Part shown: one piece after another, positions 9,691 through 19,358 of the stretch
Layout: each line of letters opens with the position of its first letter
Position numbering within the stretch: position 1 is the stretch's first letter
Assembly (NCBI GenBank): GCA_900538885.1
Contig: UQAI01000001.1
Span: 25,862-89,861, forward strand
Length of the DNA stretch: 64,000 bases
Direction of reading: 5' to 3'
Origin: an uncultured Mollicutes bacterium
Lineage (GTDB): Bacteria > Bacillota_I > Bacilli_A > ML615J-28 > CAG-313
Notes under the pieces: generated by a model
The model's database searches: none
What the model was told of the DNA's origin: nothing
What the model saw: only the letters and a program-made list of their open reading frames with translations
Position numbers and translations under genes: made by a program

Positions 9691-11587
9691 ACACATGGAA
9701 GCTATAGATACCCTTAAAAATGGAGAATATGAAGAAGCATATAAAAAATTCTCTAGAATATATGAGAATGATAAAAATGACTATTTGGCTTTATTTTACC
9801 GAGCAGTAACAGCATTTACGCATTTTCCAAGTAAGATAGAACAAACTATTAATGACTTTGAAAGATTAATTGCGATTAATTCTCCTTTTAAATATCAATC
9901 AATGGCATATTTAGTAATGATTTATTGCAATAATGAAGCAGAAAAAGCAATTAAGTATGCAGATGAAGCAATCAAGCACAATCCTGAATTATATATAGAC
10001 TTAAATTTTGCACTATCAAGAGCATATTTTGAATATGGTGATGATGCATCATTACGTAAATCACTTGAGTATATTGATAAGTGTATCGAAAAAGATGAAG
10101 GAGAAACTTCGGACTTTTACATCTGTAAAGTAGAAATTCTGATAACACTTGGTAAATTTGAACAAGCAGAAGAAATTCTTGATCTTGTTTATACAAAATT
10201 TGGTGGTTCTCTTAATTACTATTATTTAACCGCAAAACTTAAGATTGCAATCTACAATAAAATAAATGATGCTAGTTTCCTTGATCAAGCTCTTTCTGAT
10301 TTAGCGCTTGCTAACCAATATGAAGAAAATAATTGTAGCGTTGTTTTACTAAAGGTAGAAATTTATGCATTAAAAAAAGAAAAAGAAAAAGCTTTAAAAG
10401 AACTTGAAAAAGCAAAAGAATTTTTTGATGATGATTCTTACCTAGTTGAACAATTCAAAATATATGAAGAGTTAGGTGAAGATGACATCATAGTTAAAAT
10501 AGCTTATGAGTATTTGAAAGAACATGAGTCATGGCGTATTTACTATTCACTAGGATTCTTTCTTGCGAAAACGGCAAAAAGTCTGATTGAAATAGAAGAA
10601 TTAAAATCAGTATACTTAAAAGCATACAACTTAAACAAAGAAATATTTATTTTTGATGAAATCTATCGTCTTAATTTTATCTTATCATGTGATTATGAAA
10701 ATTTAGAATTACTAGAAGATTTAATAAAACTTCATCCTGAAGATGGTCGTTTGCGTTTTCTTTTAGGTGAAACTAAGCACCGCTTAAATTATAATTATGA
10801 TGATGTCTTAAATGAGTTTAATGCTTCATATGAACTTAAGTATTTAGATGAGTTTAAATACTTAACCTTGATAATGCCATTAACAATAGAACCTAAAAAA
10901 ACAGCAAAAAAACTAAAAAAATACCAGAAAAAGGATTTCCATCCATCTGATATTTGGCTATTACGTAAACTTGGAATAATGTATCTATATGGTGAAGATG
11001 GCTTTAAGCAAATGCCTAATTTTGCTGAATCAATTCTTGAATACTGCAATAACATAGTTACTGAAGAAGCTTGCATGAAAACTGCCCTTGGTAGAGCACA
11101 TGAACTTAATCACTCAAGTATGGCTGCCTTTAAATGTTATGAAGAAGCTTATCAGGCAGAACTTGCTGAAGCATTACCTGTTTGTAATTGTGCAAATGGT
11201 TATTTAGCTCATGCTTACATAAATGGTATTGGAACTAATGTTGATGAAGAAAAGGCTAAAAAATTAATACTTGAAGGAATATCTTTCCTAAAAGAAAAGT
11301 CTAGTAATATCGTAATATACCTTTATGCATATTTTGCCTTAAAAGGAGATAAACGATTTAGCTTAAGTACTGCACTTTCTTATTTAGAGACAAAATATCC
11401 ATTTTATCGTTATGAAATATCAAGAGCAATAATGATTAATATTATTCGTAAAAAACTTAGTTTATCAACTAAAAATAGTCAAGAATATATCAAACAATGT
11501 TTAAAACAAGGCAATAAAACAGCAAAACTTTATTATAAAGAAAATAAAAATAAAGAGTTAATTTATCCATTATTTAATAACTACTAA
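9680..11587 (+). CDS. tetratricopeptide-repeat (TPR/Sel1-like) protein
   Basis: 635 aa alpha-helical repeat protein with repeated A/Y/L-rich helical pairs; no catalytic motif. Confidence 0.55.
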   Translation: MLTKHMEAIDTLKNGEYEEAYKKFSRIYENDKNDYLALFYRAVTAFTHFPSKIEQTINDFERLIAINSPFKYQSMAYLVMIYCNNEAEKAIKYADEAIKHNPELYIDLNFALSRAYFEYGDDASLRKSLEYIDKCIEKDEGETSDFYICKVEILITLGKFEQAEEILDLVYTKFGGSLNYYYLTAKLKIAIYNKINDASFLDQALSDLALANQYEENNCSVVLLKVEIYALKKEKEKALKELEKAKEFFDDDSYLVEQFKIYEELGEDDIIVKIAYEYLKEHESWRIYYSLGFFLAKTAKSLIEIEELKSVYLKAYNLNKEIFIFDEIYRLNFILSCDYENLELLEDLIKLHPEDGRLRFLLGETKHRLNYNYDDVLNEFNASYELKYLDEFKYLTLIMPLTIEPKKTAKKLKKYQKKDFHPSDIWLLRKLGIMYLYGEDGFKQMPNFAESILEYCNNIVTEEACMKTALGRAHELNHSSMAAFKCYEEAYQAELAEALPVCNCANGYLAHAYINGIGTNVDEEKAKKLILEGISFLKEKSSNIVIYLYAYFALKGDKRFSLSTALSYLETKYPFYRYEISRAIMINIIRKKLSLSTKNSQEYIKQCLKQGNKTAKLYYKENKNKELIYPLFNNY

Positions 11588-11874
11588 AATCTTTGATTAT
11601 TCTTTCGCATTAATTCATTAATCTGTTGTTGTAGATTGTTAATATCTTGATAAGTTGGTCGCTTAATTTGCCCACTACCCTGAGCGTTGAAGGTTAAAAT
11701 TAATTGTCCAACTAGCTCAAGCCAATTTCCGAGTGAATTTTGTTGACTTATGGTTAGGTTACATGATAAAATATATCCGATGATCACACCTAGAGTCGCA
11801 AACTCAAAGGGGGTTAATGTCATTAGCCAATCCGCGAATGATCCGATATCTTGACAAGAATCTTGATAATTCAT
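11584..11874 (-). CDS. small hypothetical membrane protein
   Basis: 96 aa with one hydrophobic helix; convergent with TPR gene; weak support. Confidence 0.35.
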   Translation of the reverse strand: MNYQDSCQDIGSFADWLMTLTPFEFATLGVIIGYILSCNLTISQQNSLGNWLELVGQLILTFNAQGSGQIKRPTYQDINNLQQQINELMRKNNQRF

Positions 11875-11952
11875 ATGATTTCCCCCTTATATAATAATAC
11901 TAACTAAATATCAAAATAATTCATAAAACAAAAAGGTTTTAAAAGGTGTAGT

Positions 11953-12444
11953 ATGAAAGTATTAAAAAAACAATATAATAGTAAAATGTGCATTATATGT
12001 GGAATGAACAATGAAGCAGGTCTTAAGGCTCCATTTTATGAAATGGAAAATAATACAGTCGTAACCATTGTGACTTTTCGTCAAATTCATCAAAGTTATC
12101 CCGAAAGAACCCATGGGGGAATGATTTCAACATTACTTGATGAAATAATTGGTCGTGCCATTTGGATTGAAGAACCAACTTCTTGGGGTGTAACCATGGA
12201 CATTCATGTTAAATTTAGAAAACCAGTTCCTCTAGATACACAAGTAATGGCATATGGTAAGATAACGAGAAATACTTCCAAATTCTTTACAGGAGTTGGA
12301 GCCATTATGACAATGGATGGTGAAATACTTGCAGAAGGAACCGCAAACTATATTAAGTTAAAAACAAATCAAATTGCAACTACAGACATTCACGATGATG
12401 TAAATGTTTATGTTGAAGATAATGTTACCGAGATAAATATCTAG
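11953..12444 (+). CDS. PaaI/hotdog-fold acyl-CoA thioesterase
   Basis: 163 aa; hotdog-fold thioesterase pattern with HGG motif. Confidence 0.7.
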   Translation: MKVLKKQYNSKMCIICGMNNEAGLKAPFYEMENNTVVTIVTFRQIHQSYPERTHGGMISTLLDEIIGRAIWIEEPTSWGVTMDIHVKFRKPVPLDTQVMAYGKITRNTSKFFTGVGAIMTMDGEILAEGTANYIKLKTNQIATTDIHDDVNVYVEDNVTEINI

Positions 12445-12453
12445 GTAACTCTT

Positions 12454-12539
12454 GCAGCAATGGCGGAATGGTAGACGCGCTACTTTGAGGGGGTAGTATA
12501 CGAACGTATGTGTGAGTTCAAATCTCATTTGCTGCACCA
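12454..12539 (+). tRNA. tRNA-Leu (anticodon GAG), class II with long variable arm
   Basis: manual cloverleaf: acceptor GCAGCAA/TTGCTGC, 3-bp D stem, anticodon stem CTACT/GGTAG, loop TTGAGGG, variable-arm hairpin ATACG/CGTAT, T loop TTCAAAT, discriminator A + CCA. Confidence 0.85.
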
Positions 12540-12552
12540 TATTAGTAGAATA

Positions 12553-12583
12553 GGTTTGATACAATGTTATCAAGCCTTTTTTT
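12553..12583 (+). terminator. tRNA-Leu rho-independent terminator hairpin (GGTTTGATACAATGTTATCAAGCC + T7); also candidate attL core
   Basis: 9-bp imperfect palindrome plus T7; near-identical copy without T tail at 62709-62731. Confidence 0.7.
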
Positions 12584-12687
12584 GTAGTTAGAATAGGTGC
12601 GAACTCAGAAAATAAGGTTATTCTGGGTTCTTTTTTCATTTATATATAGATAGTTATTATAAGGGTATTTAGAAGCTCATAGTCATA

Positions 12688-12766
12688 CTTACACGATTAC
12701 ATCAAAGGGTGCTAAAAATTTTACACGATTTGAAGTAGGGGTGCTAACGGTTTACACGATTTGCTA
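12688..12766. repeat. about 2.5 tandem copies of a ~30-bp repeat (TTACACGATT-N8-GGGTGCTAAAAATT), repeat set A
   Basis: direct tandem repetition seen in sequence; same family at 62594-62680 and partial inverted copy at 22645-22670. Confidence 0.8.
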
Positions 12767-12850
12767 CAGAGCATACTTCGTATCAATAGACAAAATGAGA
12801 AAAAAGTGTTATAATTATTGCATAATTTATTCGTTTTCGGAGGGCATAAT

Positions 12851-13042
12851 ATGGATTACGCATCTGCTATAAAGAAATTAAGAAATAAAATGATTCTTAC
12901 ACAGACTGAATTTGCAAAAGAACTCGGTGTTTCTTTTGGAGCTGTTAATAGATGGGAGTCAGGGAAATTTAAACCTACCACTAAAACGAAAAGAAAAATA
13001 GCTGAACTATTTAAGAAATACAATATAGAAGTGGAGGATTAA
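12851..13042 (+). CDS. XRE-family helix-turn-helix transcriptional regulator (possible controller of the R-M operon)
   Basis: HTH_3 pattern TQTEFAKELGVSFGAVNRWESG; start at ATG 12851 behind GGAGGG RBS. Confidence 0.6.
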   Translation: MDYASAIKKLRNKMILTQTEFAKELGVSFGAVNRWESGKFKPTTKTKRKIAELFKKYNIEVED

Positions 13043-13045
13043 TTT

Positions 13046-16000
13046 ATGGCAAGTGGTTTTAATGAAGCAACTAGAGTTCAAATGCCTGCTCTAGTTCATT
13101 TACAAAGATTAGGCTATACATACGTCGGAAAAATAACCGAAGATCAAGCTGGTGTTGTTTATGATCCTGACACCAATATTTTAATCAAAGTCTTTAAAGA
13201 ACAATTTTGTAAGTTGAATCCTGGTCATGAAGGTGAAGCAGAACAAGTACTGAAAGATATTAGAATAGAATTGGATAATGATGATCTAGGTCGTTCATTC
13301 TTTAAAAGAATGCAAATGGTATCACCAGTAAAAATCATAGATTTTGATAATATTCAAAATAACGTATTCCACTATACTGCTGAATTTACATGCAAAAGAG
13401 ATCAAGATGAATTTAGACCTGATATTACATTATTTGTTAATGGATTACCTTTATGTTTTATAGAAGTTAAAAAGCCAAACAATAAAGGTGGATTGATCGC
13501 TGAAAGTAATAGAATGAACAATCAGAGATTTCCAAATAAGAAATTTAGAAGATTCATTAACATTACCCAACTTATGATTTTCTCGAATAATATGGAATAT
13601 GATACTCTTGGAGGAATTGTACCAGTTCAAGGTGCTTTTTATTGTACTGCTTCAAGAAATAAGTCTTTTTTCAGTTGCTTTAGAGAAGAGAATCCTGGCA
13701 ATGCCTCAGTTGCGCCATACAATAAAAATTATCCTTATGAAGAGATTGATGCTGTTGTAGAAAAGAAGATTTTATCTGATTTCAATTGCCAAGTAATTCA
13801 TACATCTCCAGAATATCAAACAAACCTAAATATCAATACACCTACAAATAGAATTTTAACTTCTATGTGCAGTAAAGAACGTCTTATGTTCTTGCTAAAA
13901 TATGGAATCGCATATGTTAAAAGTGAACGTGAAGTTGATGGTAAAATTGAGAGTACAGACCAAAAACATATTATGCGTTATCAACAGATGTTTGCTGCTT
14001 TGGCCATTAGAGAAAAATTAGATAAAGGATTGACAAGCGGTGTTGTTTGGCATACTCAAGGTAGTGGAAAAACCGCACTATCTTATCATCTTAACCATGT
14101 ATTAACTGATTACTTTGCAAAGCAAAATAAAGTAGCAAAATTTTATTTTATCGTTGATAGACTTGATTTATTAGAACAAGCTTCTCAGGAATTTGAAGCC
14201 AGAGGATTGGTTGTAAAAACTGCGAACAGTAGATCAGAATTGATGGCGCAATTTAGAACTAACCAGTCTTTAGAGGGTAATAGTGGTGCCAATGAAGTAA
14301 CTGTTGTTAATATCCAAAGGTTCGAAGAAGATAAAGAGAAAGTTACACTTCCTGATTATGCTACGAATTTACAAAGAATTTTTATAATTGACGAAGCTCA
14401 CAGAGGATATAAGCCAGAGGGTAGTTTTTTAGCTAATCTATTCGATGCTGATCCTAATTCTGTCAAAATCGCATTAACAGGTACACCTTTATTGAAGGAA
14501 GAACGTTCATCTTGGAAAGTATTCGGTACATATTACCATACATATTACTATGATAAATCGATTCAAGATGGATATACATTAAAGGTATTAAGAGAGCCTG
14601 TTGAAACATCATATAAAGAAAAATTATCTGAAATATATGAAAAATTAGAAACACTAGTTCAAAAGAAGGATGTCCAAAGAACACAAATAATTGAGCATGA
14701 TGTTTATGTTAAAGAACTTTTGAGATATATCATTTCAGATTTAAAACAGTTTAGACAAATCCAAGGTGACGATACTCTTGGAGGCATGATCATTTGTGAA
14801 ACAAGTGAGCAAGCAAGAAAATTATTCGCTTTCTTTGATAGCATTCAAAAAGAACTAAATGAGAATGCGTCGTTAAAGAGTTATTTTAAGGCTGGATTAA
14901 TATTGCATGACAGCGATGATAAAGAAACTAGAAAAAAGACTGTTACAAATTTCAAGAAGAACATGACAATCGATATTTTAATCGTATTTAATATGCTATT
15001 AACAGGCTTTGATGCTCCAAGACTTAAGAGATTATATTTTGGCAGAAAATTAAAAGATCACAATTTATTACAAGCTATTACGCGTGTGAATAGACCATAT
15101 AAAGAAAATAGATATGGTTATGTAGTTGATTTTGCTGATATTAAGAAAAATTTCGATGAGACTAACGAAGCTTATATGAAGGAATTAAACCGATTCAATG
15201 ATCCTGGCGAAGTTGGCGAAGGAAACGAGACTGACACATTCAAACAAGTTATAGAAGATAAAGACGCATTGATTCAACAGATGCAAGAGGTAAAGCAAAT
15301 TTTATTTGCTTATACAACGGATAATGCAGAGGAGTTTAGTTCTGAAATCTCTACGATTGAGGATAAAGAAGAACTTTTGAAATTGAAAAAAGCACTGGTA
15401 TCAGCTAGAGATTGTTGCAACATTGTAAGAACATTTGGTGATGATGAATTAAAAGCTAAATTTGCAGCAATGGAGATTACTAAACTTCCTTCATTAATAT
15501 CAGAAGTGCAACATCACATTGACAGCATAAATCAAAAAGAAGCATTAGCTGAAAGTGACTCAACAAAGCAATTAATTAATGAAGCAATGCAAGATATTAC
15601 TTTCAAGTTTCAAATGTTGACAGAAGAAGAAATGAAAATTATTTCAGGAGGCCAGGAGTTAGAAGATAAGTGGAAGAAGACAATTCGTTCATTTACTGAA
15701 AACGAGGACCAAGAAGATCCAGAATACATTACTTTACGTCAAGCATTTATTGAAAGATTCAAAGAACATGGTTTTGTTGTTGAAAGTGTAAGCCAATTTG
15801 AAAATTATACAAAGGAGCTAGATGAAATATTAAAGAAGCTAGCTGAATTGCAAAAGAAGAATAGTGCACTGTTGAAAAAGTACAATGGTGATGCTAAGTA
15901 TGCGCGTGTCCATAAGAGAATTAAAGAAGAAAACGAAAGCAGAAAAGCTAAAGGTGAGAAGCCACTAATTTCTGAATATGATGTCGATATTATGAATGCG

Positions 16001-16213
16001 CTAAAAATTATTAAAGATGAGATAGACCAAAAAGTTTACGATAGGCATGATATCTTGAGAAAAGATGTTTACTTTGAGCAAACAGTTATGGTACATATCA
16101 ATAATGGTATTGATAGATTAGGCTTTGAAAATACTAGGGAAGATAGATTGTTTATTCAATCAAGACTAAGCACCCAGTATTTAAATCAATACCATAATAC
16201 ATATGCAGCATAA
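13046..16213 (+). CDS. hsdR: Type I restriction enzyme R subunit (HsdR)
   Basis: HsdR N-terminal nuclease domain, SF2 helicase motifs TQGSGKT and IIDEAHRG, 1055 aa. Confidence 0.9.
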   Translation: MASGFNEATRVQMPALVHLQRLGYTYVGKITEDQAGVVYDPDTNILIKVFKEQFCKLNPGHEGEAEQVLKDIRIELDNDDLGRSFFKRMQMVSPVKIIDFDNIQNNVFHYTAEFTCKRDQDEFRPDITLFVNGLPLCFIEVKKPNNKGGLIAESNRMNNQRFPNKKFRRFINITQLMIFSNNMEYDTLGGIVPVQGAFYCTASRNKSFFSCFREENPGNASVAPYNKNYPYEEIDAVVEKKILSDFNCQVIHTSPEYQTNLNINTPTNRILTSMCSKERLMFLLKYGIAYVKSEREVDGKIESTDQKHIMRYQQMFAALAIREKLDKGLTSGVVWHTQGSGKTALSYHLNHVLTDYFAKQNKVAKFYFIVDRLDLLEQASQEFEARGLVVKTANSRSELMAQFRTNQSLEGNSGANEVTVVNIQRFEEDKEKVTLPDYATNLQRIFIIDEAHRGYKPEGSFLANLFDADPNSVKIALTGTPLLKEERSSWKVFGTYYHTYYYDKSIQDGYTLKVLREPVETSYKEKLSEIYEKLETLVQKKDVQRTQIIEHDVYVKELLRYIISDLKQFRQIQGDDTLGGMIICETSEQARKLFAFFDSIQKELNENASLKSYFKAGLILHDSDDKETRKKTVTNFKKNMTIDILIVFNMLLTGFDAPRLKRLYFGRKLKDHNLLQAITRVNRPYKENRYGYVVDFADIKKNFDETNEAYMKELNRFNDPGEVGEGNETDTFKQVIEDKDALIQQMQEVKQILFAYTTDNAEEFSSEISTIEDKEELLKLKKALVSARDCCNIVRTFGDDELKAKFAAMEITKLPSLISEVQHHIDSINQKEALAESDSTKQLINEAMQDITFKFQMLTEEEMKIISGGQELEDKWKKTIRSFTENEDQEDPEYITLRQAFIERFKEHGFVVESVSQFENYTKELDEILKKLAELQKKNSALLKKYNGDAKYARVHKRIKEENESRKAKGEKPLISEYDVDIMNALKIIKDEIDQKVYDRHDILRKDVYFEQTVMVHINNGIDRLGFENTREDRLFIQSRLSTQYLNQYHNTYAA

Positions 16214-16225
16214 GGAGAGAAATAT

Positions 16226-17848
16226 ATGAATATTAAACAAAAAACAATTGACTTAATTGATGCATTGAAAGCCACTTGTCAAACATACGGAATGGGTAAT
16301 GATGGAAATGAATATAAAATTATTACACAAGTATTTTTGTATAAGTTTTTAAATGATAAATTTGGACATGAGATTAAAGAAAAGTCAGTAAAAATTGCTA
16401 AAGCAGCTAAATGGGAAGAAGAATATGAAAGCATGAGTAATGAAGAAAGGTTGGATTTATTTGATAAGCTTTCTCCTGATATTCCTCGATTATATCCTGA
16501 ACACCTTATATCGTTTTTATGGAATCAACAAAGTAAAGGTGAATTTGACTTAATTTTCGATAGCACAATGATAGATATAGCTGAGAAGAACATTGATATC
16601 TTCTCGACTATGACAGATGAAAAAACTAGAATTCCTTTATTTGAAAAATTAACCGTATTTGTTACTGATGAAGCTAAAAGAGCGCCATTTGCACGTGCTT
16701 TAGTTGATAAATTAGCAAACTTCTCTTTTGAAGAGGCGTTTTCAGAACACTATGACTTTTTTGCAACAATTTTTGAATATTTGATTAAGGATTACAATAC
16801 AGCAGGCGGTGGAAAGTATGCTGAATATTATACTCCACACTCAATTGCTACAATTATGGCTAGACTATTAGTTGGAGAAACTGATAATTTGCATGACATA
16901 GAAGTATATGATCCATCTGCTGGCACAGGAACATTATTGATGGCTCTTGCACATAAAGTTGGTGAAGATAAGTGCACCATTTATTCTCAAGACATTTCAC
17001 AAAGAAGTAATAAGATGTTGAAATTAAATTTAATATTAAATAATTTAGTTTCATCACTTGATCATGCTATTCAAGGTGATACTTTGGTTTCACCATTTCA
17101 TAAAAATGATGATGGCACTGAGTTAAAACAATTTGACTTTGTTGTTTCTAATCCACCATTCAATATGGATTTTTCTGACACCAGAGATATAATCGCAGCA
17201 AAGACAACTAGATTCTGGGCAGGCGTTCCAAATATTCCAAAGAAAAAACTTGATGGTATGCCAATATATACATGTTTTATACAACATGTTGTTAATTCTT
17301 TAAAGAAAACTGGAAAGGCAGCTATCGTTGTACCTACGGGTTTTTTATCATCTAAAAGTGGTGTTGAAGGTACCGTTTTATCAAAATTAGTGGAAGAGAA
17401 GATAGTATATGGATGTATAAGCATGCCTTCAAACGTTTTTGCTAACACCGGAACTAATGTGTCAGTTTTATTTTTAGATGGTTCTAAATCAAGTACAGAT
17501 GTTATGCTTATAGATGCTTCAAAATTAGGTGAAGAATATAAGGAAGGAAAGAATCAAAAGAGAAGATTAAGAGATTTTGAAATTAATCAGATAGTTGATT
17601 CATTTATTAATAAAGTATCAAATGACGGCTTTTCTATTAACGTTAGTTTGGATAAGGTAAAAGAAAAGAAAAATTCATTATCAGCTGGAATGTATTTTAA
17701 AGTCAAAACTGATAATCCAACTATATCTACCTCAAAATATAATGAAATCGTCTGTGATTATATTACAGCATTGGATGAATACAAGCTAAATGCAGATAAT
17801 TTTGTTGAGTGGGCGAAAGATAGTTTATTAAAGAAGAATGATAAATAG
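16226..17848 (+). CDS. hsdM: Type I restriction-modification N6-adenine DNA methyltransferase subunit (HsdM)
   Basis: HsdM N-terminal domain, SAM motif DPSAGTGTLL, catalytic NPPF motif (VVSNPPFNMDF). Confidence 0.9.
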   Translation: MNIKQKTIDLIDALKATCQTYGMGNDGNEYKIITQVFLYKFLNDKFGHEIKEKSVKIAKAAKWEEEYESMSNEERLDLFDKLSPDIPRLYPEHLISFLWNQQSKGEFDLIFDSTMIDIAEKNIDIFSTMTDEKTRIPLFEKLTVFVTDEAKRAPFARALVDKLANFSFEEAFSEHYDFFATIFEYLIKDYNTAGGGKYAEYYTPHSIATIMARLLVGETDNLHDIEVYDPSAGTGTLLMALAHKVGEDKCTIYSQDISQRSNKMLKLNLILNNLVSSLDHAIQGDTLVSPFHKNDDGTELKQFDFVVSNPPFNMDFSDTRDIIAAKTTRFWAGVPNIPKKKLDGMPIYTCFIQHVVNSLKKTGKAAIVVPTGFLSSKSGVEGTVLSKLVEEKIVYGCISMPSNVFANTGTNVSVLFLDGSKSSTDVMLIDASKLGEEYKEGKNQKRRLRDFEINQIVDSFINKVSNDGFSINVSLDKVKEKKNSLSAGMYFKVKTDNPTISTSKYNEIVCDYITALDEYKLNADNFVEWAKDSLLKKNDK

Positions 17849-17859
17849 GAGCTGTAAAT

Positions 17860-19116
17860 ATGAAACTAAGAAATATATGTAAAATAGTTACAGACTCAAT
17901 TAATCCAAAAAAACAAAAAAATAAGCTTTTCGAGCTATATAGTTTGCCCGCTTTCGATGATTTCAAAAGGCCTGAAAATGTATATGGCTCAGATATCGAG
18001 AGCAATAAGTATTTGGTTCCAGAAAAAACAATATTGTTTAATAAATTAAATGTTAGATTCAAACGTATATGGAGGATCACCAACAATAACCAGGATAATA
18101 AAATATGCTCAACTGAGTTTCTACCAATAATTGTTGATGAAAAAATAGCCGATTTTGATTATGTTTATTTTTTATTGATGTCAGATCAAGTCACAGAATA
18201 CTTATGTGCACCAACAACTAATACTTCTGGAAGTCATAAGAGAATAGATCCAGATTTTCTACTTGATATGGAAATATCCTTGCCTGAATTAGACGAGCAA
18301 GTTCGCGTTGCAAGAAAACTAAAAACGCTAGATGATGAGGTTCAGTGTTGTTTTGATTTTGAAACTAAATCATTTAAATTTTTAAAAGATACATATGATT
18401 ACTGGTTTGTTTCTTATAACTTTCCTAACAATAATGGTGATGCATATAGTGAAAATGGTGGAACATTTGTAGAGGACAAAGAAACAGGTATTAATTATCC
18501 AACAAAATGGAGTTTTAATAAGATCGGACAGTATTTTAATGTTGTGAGAGGTGTAAGTTATAAGCCTGAAGATACTTCGGAAATAGAAACCGATATTCAT
18601 ATGCCGTTATTAAGATCAAATAATATTTACGACGAGAGATTAATACATGAAGATATAGTGTTTGTTGATAAAAAAAGGGTAAGTGAAGAACAAATATTAC
18701 ATGCAAATGATGTGTTTATTTGTATGTCTAATGGCAGTAAAAATTTAATTGGTAAAAATACAATTATTCCATATGATACAGAATATGCCTTTGGAGCTTT
18801 TTGTGCTAAAATTAAGAATATAGATTGCGATTATTTAGGCTTTATAAACTTATTCTTTAAGAGTAATTATTATAAAGCTTATATCGCACAAATATGTGCA
18901 AACACTAGTATAAATAATATCGGAAATGAAATGTTAACTGACTTAAAATATCCATTACCTCCGCTAAATATCGCTAAAAAGTTTAATGAAATATATTTAA
19001 AAGTAATGTCTGAAGTCGGGAATGCGCATAAATTTATGTTATCGACAAGAACATTATTAGAAAAACATATATTTATGGACATGAATGGAGTACTCATAAA
19101 TAGTTCAGAAGATTAA
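17860..19116 (+). CDS. hsdS: Type I restriction-modification specificity subunit (HsdS), two target-recognition domains
   Basis: 418 aa, duplicated TRD/conserved-helix architecture, immediately downstream of hsdM. Confidence 0.85.
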   Translation: MKLRNICKIVTDSINPKKQKNKLFELYSLPAFDDFKRPENVYGSDIESNKYLVPEKTILFNKLNVRFKRIWRITNNNQDNKICSTEFLPIIVDEKIADFDYVYFLLMSDQVTEYLCAPTTNTSGSHKRIDPDFLLDMEISLPELDEQVRVARKLKTLDDEVQCCFDFETKSFKFLKDTYDYWFVSYNFPNNNGDAYSENGGTFVEDKETGINYPTKWSFNKIGQYFNVVRGVSYKPEDTSEIETDIHMPLLRSNNIYDERLIHEDIVFVDKKRVSEEQILHANDVFICMSNGSKNLIGKNTIIPYDTEYAFGAFCAKIKNIDCDYLGFINLFFKSNYYKAYIAQICANTSINNIGNEMLTDLKYPLPPLNIAKKFNEIYLKVMSEVGNAHKFMLSTRTLLEKHIFMDMNGVLINSSED

Positions 19117-19156
19117 AAAAGCGACTTAGCTCAATTACGAGTTAAGTCGCTATTTT

Positions 19157-19357
19157 TTATTCTGGAATATATTCCATTATATCTTTGAAGTCACAACTAA
19201 GTGTCTTGCAAATTTTGCAAAGCACATCAGTAGTTACATTTTGACCTTTGGTCATTTTAGCAATTGAAGAGGAACTAACACCAGAGAGCTTAATAAGCTC
19301 TTTTTTGTTTAGGTTCTTATCGATTAATAATTTCCATAATTTGTTATAACTTATCAT
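19157..19357 (-). CDS. XRE/Cro-family HTH protein, last gene of the minus-strand three-component operon
   Basis: 66 aa HTH_3 (ELIKLSGVSSSSIAKMTKGQNVTTDVLCKICKTL); 1-bp gap to upstream ATPase gene. Confidence 0.55.
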   Translation of the reverse strand: MISYNKLWKLLIDKNLNKKELIKLSGVSSSSIAKMTKGQNVTTDVLCKICKTLSCDFKDIMEYIPE

Positions 19358-19358
19358 T

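Noticed and set aside
9690-12450. Looked for tmRNA (ssrA) immediately downstream of smpB as in Bacillus
   Set aside because: The region is occupied by a TPR protein ORF, a small minus-strand ORF and a thioesterase gene. No GGGG...tRNA-Ala-like 5' end or tag-peptide reading frame seen. The only RNA gene found is tRNA-Leu at 12454-12539.
12553-12583. Interpreting the palindromic TTGATAC-N-GTATCAA site purely as a serine-recombinase attB with central dinucleotide
   Set aside because: At the left copy it is followed by T7 and is simply the tRNA-Leu intrinsic terminator. It is kept as an att candidate only because a near-identical copy recurs 50 kb away. The exact crossover and recombinase type cannot be assigned from sequence alone.
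12688-12766. Considered whether the junction tandem repeats form a CRISPR array
   Set aside because: Units are directly contiguous, only 2.5 copies, no unique spacers and no cas genes in the window.
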